Below are positions 36,701-49,956 of a DNA stretch of 64,000 bases, one piece after another. The first letter of the stretch is position 1; each line of letters starts with the position of its first letter. The notes under the pieces were generated by a model. The model had not been told where the DNA came from, searched no databases, and saw only the letters and a program-made list of their open reading frames with translations. Both the position numbers and the translations under genes were made by a program. The stretch is from Squalus acanthias (Eukaryota). Where the stretch lies: the NCBI GenBank assembly GCA_030390025.1, contig JASTWF010000180.1, positions 372,001 to 436,000 on the forward strand, given 5' to 3'.

Positions 36701-37210
36701 TCCAAATACACCACGTCTTCCGGTTCCCCTTTGTCAACTCCACTAGTCACATACTCAAAGAACTACTTTAGATTTGTTAAACAGGAGTTCCCTTTCTAAA
36801 TCCATGTTGACTCTGCCCAATCTTACTATTAATTTCTACGTGCCCATTTATTGAATCCTTTATAATAAATTCCAGCGTCTATCTGAACGTCGTCCAGGTC
36901 TTGTTGAATGCGGGCATGGACTGCTGCATTATCTGAGGAGTTGTGAATGCCACTGAACACTGTGCAGTCATCAGAAATACGTCAATAATGAGCCATTGTA
37001 AAGGCACAGTTTGTGTTTCGGTGGATGCTGTCACGTGATTGCAGTCGACGTCGGTTGCAGGCAACCAATAGCTGGCGACTTCAAACCCGACCTTCTCTTG
37101 CTTTTGCATAAAGCCCATAAGTGAGGTTCGGGATCCAACAATCCGTGAACTGCGTTGCCGAGTGAGTGACTGAAGGAGCGGCTGCCTAATTGAGCCAAAT
37201 GCCCGGAAGG

Positions 37211-37680
37211 ATGATGTCGGCGATTTCTCTCGGCCTACTGCTTGGTTTCCTATCCAGTGCGTAGCTATAACTGTTCCATATTGTTCCAATTTTTCTGTTT
37301 CACTGTTAGTCCCTCTTGGGGGGCGTTACAGAGCTAGGAGTCACCACCATAATTAATGCTTCTTTACTTTTATAGGTGTCCAGTCGGATGTGGTGTTGAC
37401 TCAGCCAGAGGCAGAGACCAGGCGTCTCGGACAGTCCCTGAGACTGACCTGTAAAACCAGCGGGTTCAATCTTGGCAGCGACTATATGTACTGGTACCGA
37501 CAAAGCCCCGGGAAGGGAATGGATTGGCTCGTTTGGTACTATAGTAAAGACAACAAGCAGTACCATCAAGAAGTTAGAGAACGATTTACTGCTTCCAAAG
37601 ACCTTTCAAACAATATCTTCGCTTTGGGTATCAAGGGATTGACACTGGGAGACAGCGCCACTTATTATTGCGCACACAGT
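37211..37680 (+). CDS. V9: IgM-VH-like V segment, protein identical to V7 (leader 37211-37256, V exon 37376-37680)
   Basis: Same translation as V7, offset 8104 bp. Confidence 0.9.
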
Positions 37681-37719
37681 CACAGTGATACAGGTCAGAC
37701 CCAGACTTGTACAAAAACA
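37681..37719 (+). other. 23-RSS of V9
   Basis: CACAGTG-23-ACAAAAACA. Confidence 0.95.
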
Positions 37720-40700
37720 GAAAAGAGGAAATGCAGCAGTTTCCGCCATCATCAAACACCAATAAATCCACTGTTGACAGCAGCTCATAGAAACAAAAAT
37801 CTATACATCACAGAAAGGGGCCATTCGGCCCATTATGCCTGTGCTGGCTCATTCAAAGAGCTATTCAATTAGCCCCACTCTCCTACACTTTTCCCATAGC
37901 CCTGTAAATTTTTCTTTTTCGAGTATTTATCCAATTCCGTTTTGAAAGTTATCATTGAATTTGGTTCCGCCAGTCTTTCAGGCAGTGCAATCCAGACCAT
38001 AACAACTCGCTGCGTAATATTTTTATCCTCAAGTCGCCTCTGGTTCTGTTGCCAATTGCCGTAACTCTGTGTCCTTCACCTGAAACAATTTAACTCTGTT
38101 TCTCTCTCCACAGATGCGGCCTGACCTGCTGAGCCTTTCCAGCATTTTCTGTTTTAATTTCAGGTTTCCAGCATCCACAGTATTTTGCTTTTGTTTCCAT
38201 GTTTTTGTACTCTATGCCTCTACTTATAAAGCCAATGATCCAGATTTACTTTACAACAGCCTTTTCGAATTGTCGTGCCACGTTCAAAGACGGGTGTAGG
38301 TATACCCTGTTCCAGCACCCCGTTTAAAATTGTACCAAATAGTTTATTTTGCCTCTCCTCATTCCTCCTACCTGAATGAATCACCTCAAACTACTCTGCA
38401 TTAAATTTCCTCTGCCGTGTGTTTGGTCATTTCATCACTCTGTCGATATCGTCCTGAGCTGTGTTACTATCCTCATCACTGTTCACTAGACTTCCGAGTT
38501 TCGTGTTATCTGAAAACATTGAAAGTATGCCCTTTACACACAAGTCCAGGGCATTACTATAAAGATCAAAAAGAGCTGTGGCCCCAACACCGAGCTCTGG
38601 AGGACACCACTGCACAGTTCCTTCCAGTCAGAAAATCAACGTTTCAACACTATTCTGCGTTCTGCCCCTCAGCTAACTTCGTGATCCCGCAGGTACTGCC
38701 CCTTTAATCCCATGTGCTTTAATTTTGCTAACAAGTCTATCTTGGGGTATTTTATCAAACGCCAATGGAAAATCAATGCACACAACATGAAACGCACTAC
38801 CTTCATCCACCCTCTGTTACTTTATCAAAAAAACTGGAACAAGTTAATCAAACACAAATGTTGTTTTATTCTTCGTTCATGGGATGTGGCAAGGCCAGCA
38901 TTTATTGGCCATCCCTAATTGCCCCTGAGAAGGCGGTGGTGAGCCGCCTCCTTGAACCGCAGCAGTCGGTGTGCTTTTAGAGAGGGACTTCCAGGATTTT
39001 GACCCAGCGACGATGAAGGATTGGCGATATATTTGTAAGTCAGAAAGGTGTGTGACTTCGAGGGGAACTTGGAGGTGGCGGTGTTCCCGTGCGCCTGCTG
39101 CCCTTGTCCTTCTTGGTGGTAGATGTCCCGGGGTTGAGGGGTGGTGCCGAAGAAGTCTTGGTGAGTTGATGCAGTGCATCTTGTAGATGGTAAGCACTGC
39201 TGCCATGGTACGTCGGTGTGTGGACGGAGTGAATGTTTAAGGTGGTGGATGGGGTGCCAATCAAGTGGGCTGCTTTGTCCTGGCCGTTGTCGAGTTTCTT
39301 GTGTGTTGTTGGAGCTGCAGTGATCCAGGCAAGTGTAGAGTATTCCATCACACTCCTTACTTCTGCCGTGTAGATGGTGGAAAGGCTTTGGAGAGTCAGG
39401 AGGTGAGACACTCGCGGCAAAATACCCAGCCTCTGACCTGCTCTTGTTGCCACAGTATTTATGTGACTGGTCCAGTTAAGTTTCTGGTCAATGGTGACCC
39501 CCAGATTTTGATGGTGGTGGATTCAGTGATGGTGATGCATTTGAATGTCAAGGGGAAATGATTGGACTCTCGATTGTTGGAGATAGTCATTGCCTGGCAA
39601 TTGTGTGGCGCCAATGTTAACTGCCACTTATCAGCCCAAACCTGAACATAAAAACACAAGAACATAAGAAATAGGAGCAGGAGTAGGCCATTCGGCCCTT
39701 CTAGCCTGCTACGCCGTTCAATGAGATAATGGCTGATTTTCTGCCTTAACTCCATTCACCAGCACTATCAGCATATCCGTTGATGCCCTTACTAGTCAGA
39801 AAACTATCGACTTCTGTTTTGAATATACCCAACGACTGAGCCTCCACAGCCCTATGGTATAGAAAATTCCAAAGATTCACCAACATCTGTGTGAAAAAAA
39901 ATCCTCTCCTCTCAGTCCAGAAGGGCCTACCCTTTATCCTGAGGCTGTGGCCCCTGGTCTTCGACTCCGCAGCCAAGGGAATCATTCTCCCAGCATCCAC
40001 CCTATCAAGCCCTGTAACAATTTAGTATGCTTCAATGAGATGCCCTCTCATTCTTCTGAATTCAAGAGAATACAGGCCGAGTTTACTCAATCTCTTCTCA
40101 TACGACAGTCCATCCATCCCAGGAAGCAATCTCGTGGAACTTCGTTGCACGCCCTCTATGGCAAGTATATCCTTCCTTAGGTAAGGAGACCAAAATTGTA
40201 CACAGTTCACGAGGTGTGGTCTCACCAAGGCCCGATATAATTGGAGTAAGACTTCTTTACTCCTGTACTCAAATCCTCTTGTACTGAAGGCCAGCCTTCC
40301 ATTTGCCTTCCTAATGGCTTACTGCACCTGCACATTCACTTTCATTGACTCATGTACAAGGACACCGAGGTCCCTTTGAGCATCTGCATTCCCCAATCTT
40401 TCACCATTCAGGAAATTTCTGTTTTTTCTACTAAAGTCGATAACTTCACATTTATCGACATTATGTTCCATCTGCCTTGTTCGCGCTCACTGAGTGAGCC
40501 TGTCGAGATCCCCTTGAAACTTCTTCACATCCTCTTCGCAACTGACACTGTCACCTAGCTTTGTATCATCAGCAAATTTGCAGATGTTACACTTAGGCCC
40601 CTCTTCCTAATCATTGATATAGATTGTGAATAGCTGGGGCGCAAGCACCGATCCTTGTGATACCCCATTAGTCACAGCCTGCAATCTTCAAAAAGTCTCA

Positions 40701-41343
40701 CTTATCACTACTCTTTGTTTTCTGTCTGTTAACTAATTCTCAATCCATGCTAGTATATTGCCCGCAATTCCATGTCCCCTAATTTTGTTCACCAACCTCT
40801 TGTGTGGGACCTTATCGAAGGCCTTCTGAAAATCCAAATACACACATCTACCGGTTCCCCTTTGTCTACTCCACTAGTTACATCCTCAAAGAACTCCAAT
40901 AGGTTTGCTAAACAGAATTTCACTTTCATAAACCCATGTTGACTCTGCCCAATCTTAATATTAATTTCTAAGTGCCCAGGTATTGCATTCGTTACAATAG
41001 ATTCCAGTGTCTATGTGAACGTCCTCCAGGTCTTGTTGGATGCGGGCATGGACTGCTTCATTATCTGAGGAGTTGTGAATGCCACTGAACACTGTGCAGT
41101 CATCAGACCTACGTCAAGAATGAGCCATTGTAAAGGCACAGTTTGGGTTTCGGTGGATGCTGTCACGTGTTAGCAGTCGACGTCGGTTGCATGCAACCAA
41201 CAGCTGGCGACTTCACGCACGCCCCTTTCTGCCTTTTGCATAAAGCCCCTTAAGTGAGGATCGGGATCCAACAATCCGGGACCTGAGTTGCCCAGTGAGT
41301 GACTGAAGGAACGGCTGCCTAATTCAGTCAAATGCCCAGAAGG

Positions 41344-41815
41344 ATGAGGTCGGCGATTTCTCTCGGCCTGCTGCTTGGTTTCGTGTCCAGTGCGTAGCTA
41401 TAACTGTTCCGAATTGTTCTAATCTTTCTGTTTCTCTGTTAGTCCCTCTTGGGGGGTGTTACAAATCCAGGAGTCGCTTCACCATAATTAATGCTTCTTT
41501 ACTTTTACAGGTGTCCAGTCGGATGTGGTGTTGACTCAGCCAGAGGCAGAGACCAGGCGTCTCGGACAGTCCCTGAGACTGACCTGTAAAACCAGCGGGT
41601 TCGATCTTAGCAGCAATTGGATGTACTGGTACCGACAAAGCCCCGGGAAGGGAATGGATTTGCTAGTTTTGTACCATAGTAAAGACAACAAGCAGTACGA
41701 TCAAGAATTTAGAGAACGAGTTACAGCTTCCAAAGACCTTTCAAACAATATCTTCGCTTTGGATATCAAGGGATTGACACTGGGAGACAGCGCCACTTAT
41801 TATTGCGTACAGAGT
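41344..41815 (+). CDS. V10: IgM-VH-like V segment, protein identical to V8 (leader 41344-41389, V exon 41511-41815)
   Basis: Same translation as V8, offset 8104 bp. Confidence 0.9.
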
Positions 41816-41854
41816 CACAGTGATACAGGTCAGACCCAGACTTGCACAAAAACA
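41816..41854 (+). other. 23-RSS of V10
   Basis: CACAGTG-23-ACAAAAACA. Confidence 0.95.
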
Positions 41855-44800
41855 GAAAAGAGGAAATGCAGCAGTTTCCGCCATCATCAAACACCAATAA
41901 ATCCAATGTTGACAGCAGTTCATAGAAACAAAAAACTATACAGCACAGAAAGGGGCCATTCGGCCCATAATGCCTGTGCTGGCTCATTCAAAGAGCTATT
42001 CAATTAGTCACACTCTCCTACACTTTTCCCATAGCCCTGTATTTTTTTATTTTTCGAGTAGTTATCGAATTCCCTTTTCAAAGTTATCATTGAATATGGT
42101 TCCACCAGTCTTTCAAGCATTGCATTCCAGACCATAACAACTCGCTGCGGAATATTTTTATCCTCAAGTCGACTCTGGTTCTGTTGCCAATTGCCTTAAC
42201 TCTGTGTGCTTCACCTGAAACAATTTAACTCTGTTTCTCTCTCCACAGATGCTGCCTGACCTGCTGAGCCTTTCCAGCATTTTCTGTTTTAATTTCAGGT
42301 TTCCAGCATCCGCAGTATTTTGCTTTTGTTTCCATGTTTTTGTACTCTATGCCTCTACTTATAAAGGCAATGATCCAGATTTACTTTACAACAGCCTTTT
42401 CAACTGGTATTGCCACGTTCAAAGACGGGTGTAGCTATACCCTGTTATAGCACCCCATTTAAAATTGTACCAAATAGTTTATATTGCCTCTCCTCATTCT
42501 TCCTACCAAAATGAATCACCTCAAACTTCTCTGCATTAAATTTCCTCTGCCGTGTGTCTGGCCATTTCATCAATCTGTCTATATCGTCCTGAGCTGTGTT
42601 ACTATCCTCCTCACAGTTCACTAGATTTCCGAGTTTCGTGTTATCTGAAAACATTGAAAGTATGCCCCTTACACACAAGTCCAGGGCATTACTATAAAGA
42701 TCAAAACGAGCAGTGCCCCCAACACCGAGCACTGGAGGACACCACTGCATACTTCCTTCCAGTCAGAATATCAACCGTTCACCACTATTCTGCGTTCTGC
42801 ACCTCAGCTAACATCGTGTTCCCGCAGCGACTGTCCCTTCGTTCATGGGATGCAGCAAGGCCAGAATTTATTGGCCATCCCTAATTGCCCTTGAGAAGGC
42901 GGTGGTGAGCCGCCTTCTTGAACCGCTACAGTCCGTGTGATGAAGGTACTCACACAGTGCTGTTAGGGAGGGAGTTCCAAGATTTTCACCCAGCGACGAT
43001 TAAGGATCGGCGATATACTTGTAAGTCAGGGTGATGTGTGCCTTCGAGGGAAACTTGGAGGTGTTGGTGTTCCCGTGTGCCTGCTGCCCTGGTCCTTCTA
43101 GGTGGTAGAGGTGGCGGTTTTGGGAGGTGCTGCCGAAGAAGCCTTGGTGAGTTGCTGCAGTGCATCTTGTAGATGGTACGCACTACAGCCACGTTGCGCC
43201 GGTGGTGGAGGGAGTGAATGTTTAAGGTGTTGGATGGGGTGCCGGTCAAGCGGGCTGCTTCGTCCTGGATGGTGTCGAGTTTCTTGAGTGTTGTTGGAGC
43301 TGAACTGATCCAGTAAAGTGGAGAGTATTCCATCACACTCCTTACTTGTGATTTGTAGATGGTGGAAAGGCTTTGGGGCGTCAGGAGGTGAGACACTCGC
43401 CGCCAAATACCCTGCCTCTGACCTGCTCTTGTGGCCACAGAATTTATGTGGCTGATCCAGTTAAGTTTCTGGTAAACGGTGATCCCCAGGATGTTTATGC
43501 TGGGGGATTCGGCGATGGTAATGCCGTTGAAGTCAAGGAGAGTTGATTAGACTCTCGCTTGTTGGAGTTAGTCATTGTCAATGTTAACTGCCACTTGTCA
43601 TCCTAAACCTTAACATAAGAACATAAGAACATAAGAACATAAGAAATAGGAGCAGGAGTAGACCATTCGGCCCTTCGAACCTGCTCCGCCATTCAATGAG
43701 ATCATGGCTAATCTTCAGCCTCAACTCCATTAACCAGCGCTATCGCCATATCCCTTGATGCCCTTACTAGTCAGAAATCTATCGACTTCTGTTTTGAATA
43801 TACCCAATGACTGTACCTCCACAGCCCAGTGGGCTAGAGAATTCCAAAGATTCACCACCCTCTGTGTGAAGAAATTTCTTCTCATCTCAGTCCTGAATGG
43901 CCTACCCCTTTATCCTGAGGCTGTGGCTCCTGGTTCTAGACTCCCCAGCCAAGGGAAGCATTCTCCCAGCATCCACCCTATCAAGCTCTGTAACAATTTG
44001 GTATGCTTCAATGAGATCCCCTCTCATTCTTCTGAATTCAAGAGAATACAGGCCTAGTTTACTCAATCTCTTCTCATACAACTGTCCCGGCATCCCAGGA
44101 ATCAATCTTGTGAAACTTCGTTGCACGCCCTCTATGGCAAGCATATCCTTCCTTAGGTAAGGAGACCAAAATTGTACACAGTACTCCAGTTGTGGTCTCA
44201 CCAAGGACCTATATAATTGGAGTAAGACTTCTTCACTCCTGTATTCAAATCCTCTTGTAATGAATGCCAGCATACCATTTGCCTTCCTAATGGCTTGCTG
44301 CACCTGCACATTCACTTTCAGTGACTCATGTACAAGGACACACAGTACCCTTTGAGCACCTGCATTCCCCGATCTTTCACCAATCAGGAAATTTCTATTT
44401 TTTCCACCAAAGTCGATAACTTCACATTTATTCACATTATGTTCCATCTGCCATGTTCACGCTCACTCAGTGAGCCTGTCGAGATCCCTTGGAAACCTCT
44501 TCACATCCTGTTCACAACTGACACTGCCACCTAGCTTTGTACTATCAGCAAATTTGGAAATGTTACATTTAGTCCCCTCATCCAATTAATTGAAATAGAT
44601 TCTGAATAGCTGGGGCCCAAGCACCGATGCTTGCGGCACACCAACAGTCACAGCCTGTCATCCTGAAAATGACCGTTTATCCCTACTCTTTGTTTTCTCT
44701 CTGTTAACTAATTCTCAATCCATGCGAGTATATTACCCCCAAATCCACGTGCCCTACTTTTGTTCACCAACCTCTTGTATGGACCCTAATCGAAGGCCTT

Positions 44801-45318
44801 CTGAAATTCCAAATACACCACATCTACCGGTTCCCCTTTGTCTACTGCACTAGTCACATCCTCAAAGAACTACAATAGATTTGTTCAACAGGATTTCCCT
44901 TAAATAAATCCCTGTTGACTCTGCCCAATCTTACTATTAATTTCTACGTGCCCAGTTATTCCATCCTTTATAATAGATTCCAGCGTCTATCTGAACGTCT
45001 TCCAGATCTTGTTGGATGCGGGCATGGACTGCTTCATTATCTGAGGAGTTGTGAATGCCACTGAACACTGTGCAGTCATCAGACCTACGTCAATAATGAG
45101 CCATTGTAAAGGCACAGTTTGTGTTTCGGTGGATGCTGTCACGTGATTGCAGTCGACGTCGGTTGCATGCAACCAATAGCAGGCGACTTCAAACCCGCCC
45201 TTTTCTTGCTTTTGCATAAAGCCCATAAGTGAGGTTCGGGAACCAACAATCCGGGACCTGCGTTGCCCAGTGAGTGACTGAAGGAACGGCTGCCTAATTG
45301 AGCCAAATGCCCAGAAGG

Positions 45319-45789
45319 ATGATGTCGGCGATTTCTCTCGGCCTACTGCTTTGTTTCCTATCCAGTGCGGAGCTATAACTGTTCCATATTGTTCCAATAT
45401 TTCTGTTTCGCTGCACGTCCCTCTCGTGGGGTTATTACAGAGCCAGGAGTCACCACCATAATTAATGCTTCTTTACTTTTATAGGTGTCCAGCCGGATGT
45501 GGTGTTGACTCAGCCAGAGGCAGAGACCAGGCGTCTCAAACAGAGTATGAGACTGACCTGTAAAACCAGCGGGTTCAATCTTGGCCGTGACTGGATGTAC
45601 TGGTACCGACAAAGCCCCGGGAAGGGAATGGATTGGCTAGTTTGGTACTACAGTAAAGACAACAAGCAGTACCATCAAGAACTAAGAGCACGAGTTACAG
45701 CTTCCAAAGACCTTTCAAACAATATCTTCGCTTTGGATATCAAGGGATTGACAATGGGAGACAGCGCCACTTATTATTGCGCACAAAGT
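45319..45789 (+). CDS. V11: IgM-VH-like V segment, close paralog of V2 (leader 45319-45364, V exon 45485-45789)
   Basis: Open frame; RRLKQSMRLTC, CDR1 GFNLGRDWMY; leader ends VQP. Confidence 0.88.
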
Positions 45790-45828
45790 CACAGTGATAC
45801 AGGTCAGACCCAGACTTGTACAAAAACA
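45790..45828 (+). other. 23-RSS of V11
   Basis: CACAGTG-23-ACAAAAACA. Confidence 0.95.
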
Positions 45829-48800
45829 GAAAAGAAGAAATGCAGCAGTTTCCGCCATCATCAAACACCAATAAATCCACTGTTGACAGCAGTTCATAGA
45901 AACAAAAAACTATACAGCACAGGAAGGGGCCATCAGACCCATAATGCCTGTGCTGGCTCATTCAAAGAGCTATTCAATTAGTCCCACTCTCCTACACTTT
46001 TCCCATAGTCCTGTAAATGTTTATTTTTCGAGTATTTGACCAATTCCCTTTTGAAAGTTATTATTGAGTTTGGTTCCACCAGTCTTTCAAGCAGTGCATT
46101 CCAGACCATAACAACTCGCTGCATAATCTTTTTATCCTCAAGTCGCCTCTGATTCTTTTGCCAATTGCCTTAACTCTGTGTCCTTCACCTGAAACAATTT
46201 AACTCTGTGTCTCTCTCCACAGATGCTGCCTGACCTGCTGAGCATTTACAGCATTTTCTGTTTTAATTTCAGGTTTCCAGCATCCGCAGTATTTTGCTTC
46301 TGTTTCCATGTTTTTGTACTCTATGCCTCTACTTATAAAGCCAATGATCCAGATTTACTTTACAACAGACTTTTCAACTGGTCCTGCCACGTGCAAAGAC
46401 GGGTGTAGCTATACCCTGTTTCAGCACCCCATTTAAAATTGTACCAAATAGTTTATTTTGCCTCTGCTCATTATTCCGACCAAAATGAATCACCTCCAAC
46501 TTTTCTGCATTAAATTTCCTCTGCCGTGTGTCTGGCCATTTCCTCAATCTGTCTATATCGTCCTGAGCTGTGTTACTCTCCTCCTCACTGTTCACTAGAT
46601 TTCCGCGTTTCGTCTTATCCGAAAACATCGAAAGTAAGCCCTTTACACACAAGTCCAGGGCATTACTATAAAGATCAAAAAGAGCAGTGGCCCCAACACC
46701 GAGCAATGGAGGACACCACTGCACACTTCCTTCCAGTCAGACAATCAACCGTTCACCACTATTCTGCGTTCTGCCCCTCAGCTAACTTCGTTTTCCCGCA
46801 GGTACTGACCATTAATCCCATGTGCTTCAGTTTTGCTAACAAGTCTATCATGGGGTACTTAATCAAACACCAATGGAAAATCAATGCACACAACATGAAA
46901 CGCACTACCTGCATCCACCCTCTGTTACTTTATCAAAAAAACTGGAGCAAGTTAGTCAAACACAAATGTTATTTTATTCTTCGTTCATGCGATGTGGCAA
47001 GGCCAGCATTTATTGGCCATCCCTAATTGTTCTTTGAGAAGGCGGTGGTGAGACGCCTTTTTGAACCGCTGCAGTCGGTGTGCTGAAGCTACTCGCACAG
47101 TGCTGTTAGGGAGGGAGTTCCAGGACTTTGACCCAGCGACGATAAAGGATTGGCGATATACTTCTAAGTCAGGAAGGTGTGTGACTTCGAGGGGAACTTG
47201 GAGGTGGTGGTGTTCCCGTGCGCCTGCTACCCTTATCTTTCGAGGTGGTAGATGTCGCGGGTTTGGGTGGAGGTACGAAGAAGTCTTGGTGAGTTGATGC
47301 AGTGCATCTTGTAGATGGTACACACTGCAGCTACGGTCCGCCGATGGTGGACGAAGTGAATGTTTAAGGTGGTGGATGGGGTGCCAATCAAGCGGGCTGA
47401 TTTGTCCTGGACGGTGTCGAGTTTCTTGAGTGTTTTTGGAGCTGCAGTGATCCAGGCAATTGGAGAGTATTCCATCACACTTGTGCCGTGTAGATGGTGG
47501 AAAGTCTTTGGGGAGTCAGGAGGTGAGACACTCGCCGCAGAATACCCAGTCTCTGACCTGCTGTTGTTGCCACATTATTCATGTGGCTGGGCCAGTTAAG
47601 TTTCTGGTCAATGGTGACCCCCACGATGTTGATGGTGATGCCTTTGAATGTCAAGGGGAGATGATTAGACTCTCGCTTGTTGGAGATACTGATTGCCTGG
47701 CACTTGTGTGGCACCAATGTTAACTGCCACTTAAGTGCCCAAACCTGAACATAAGAACATAAGAAATAGGAGCAGGAGTAGGCCATTCGGCCTTTCGAGC
47801 CCGCTCGCCATTCAATGAGATCATGGCAGATCTTCAGCCTCAACTACATTCACCAGCCCCATCACCATATCCCTTGATGCCCTTACTAGTCAGAAAACTA
47901 TCGAGTTCTGTTTTGAATATACCCAACGACTGAGCCTCCACAGCCCTCTGGTATAGAGAATTCCAAAGATTCACAAACATCTGTGTGAAAACATTTCCTC
48001 TCATCTCAGCCCTGAATGGCCTACCATTTTTCCTGAGGCTGTGGTCCCTGGTTCGAGACTCTCCAGACAAGATAAACATTCTCCCAGCATCCACCCTATC
48101 AAGCTCTGTAACAATTTTGTATTCTTCAATGAGATCCCGTCTCATTCTTCTGAATTCAAGAGAATACAGGCCTAGTTTACTCAATCTCTTCTCATACGAC
48201 AGTCCATCCATCCCAGGAATCAATCTCGTGAACCTTCGTTGCATTTCCTCTATGGCAAGTATCTCCTTCCTTAGGTAAGGAGACCAATATTGTGCACAGT
48301 GCTCCAGGTGTGGGCTCTCCAAGGCCCTATGTAATTGAAGTAAGACTTCTTTACTCCTGTACTCAAATCCTCTTGTAATGAAGTCAGCCTTCCATTTGCC
48401 ATCCTAATGGCTTGCTGCACCTGCACATTCACTGTCAGTGACTCATGTACAAGGACACCCAGTCCCCTTTGAGCATCAGCATTCCACAATCTTCCACCAT
48501 TTAAGAAATACTCTGCCTTTCTGTTTTTTCCACCAAAGCGGATAACTTCACATTATCCACATTTTGTTCCATCTGCCATGTTCTCGCCAACTCACTGAGC
48601 CTGTCGAGATCCCCTTCAAACCTCTTGACATCCTCTTCGCAACTGACACTGCCACCTAGCTTTGTATCATCAGCAAATTTGGAAATGTTACATTTAGTCT
48701 CCTCTTCCAAATCATTGATATACATTGTGAATAGCTTGGGCCCAAGCTCCGATCGTTGTGGTACGCCATTAGTCACAGCCTGCCAACCTGAAAAAGATCA

Positions 48801-49445
48801 GTTTATCCCTACTCTTTGTTTTCTGTCTGTTAACTAATTCTCAGTCCATGCTAGTATATTACCCCCAATTCCATATGCCCTAATTTTGTTCCCCAGCCTC
48901 TTGTGTGGGACCTTATCGAAGTTCGTCTGAAAATCCAAGTACACCACATCTACCGGTTCCCCTTTGTCTACTCCACTTGTTGCATCCTCAAAGAACTTCA
49001 ATAGGTTTGTTAAACAGGATTTCCCTTTCATAAATCCATGTTGACTCTGCCCAATCTTAGTATTAGTTTCTAAGTGCCCAGTTATTGAATCCTATATAAT
49101 AGATTCTAGCGTCTATGTGAACGTCCTCCAGGTCTTGTTGAAGGCGGGCATGGACTGCTTCATTATCTGAGCAGTTGTTAATGCCACTGAACACTGTGCA
49201 TTCATCAGACCTACGTCAATAATGAGTCAATGCAAAGGCACAGTTTGTGTTTCGGTGGATGCTATCACGTGATTGCAGTCGACGTCGGTTGCAGGCAACC
49301 AATAGCTGGCGACTTCAAACCCGCCCCTTTCTCACTTTTGCATAAAGCCCCATAAGTGAGGATCGGGATCCAACAATCCGGGATCTGCGTTGCCCAGTGA
49401 GTGACTGAAGGAACGGCTGCCTAATACAGCAAAATGCCCAGAAGC

Positions 49446-49917
49446 ATGAGGGCGGCGATTTCTCTCGGCCTACTGCTTGGTTTCGTATCCAGTGCGTAGC
49501 TATAACTGTTCCGAATTGTTCCAATCTTTCTGTTTCTCTGTTAGTCTCTCTCGGGGGGTGTTACAGAGCCAGGAGTCACTTCACCATAATTAATGCTTCT
49601 TTACTTTTACAGGTGTCCAGTCGGATGTGGTGTTGACTCAGCCAGAGGCAGAGACCAGGCGTCTCGGACAGTCCCTGAGACTGACCTGTAAAACCAGCGG
49701 GTTCAATCTTGGCAGCAACTGGATGTACTGGTACCGACAAAGCCCCGGGAAGGGAATGGATTGGCTAGTTACGTTCTATAGTAAAGACAGCAGCCAGTAC
49801 CATCAAGAAGTTAGAGCACGCGTTACTGCTTCCAAAGACCTTACAACTGATATCTTCGCTTTGGATATCAAGGGATTGACACTGGGAGACAGCGCCACTT
49901 ATTATTGCGTACAGAGA
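49446..49917 (+). CDS. V12: IgM-VH-like V segment, V3 paralog with a different CDR1 (leader 49446-49491, V exon 49613-49917)
   Basis: Leader [15 protein letters not shown]; CDR1 GFNLGSNWMY; CDR2 region TFYSKDSSQ; ends YYCVQR. Confidence 0.87.
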
Positions 49918-49956
49918 CACATTGATACAGGTCAGAGCCAGACTTGCACAAAAGCA
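49918..49956 (+). other. Non-consensus 23-RSS of V12
   Basis: CACATTG-23-ACAAAAGCA. Confidence 0.85.
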
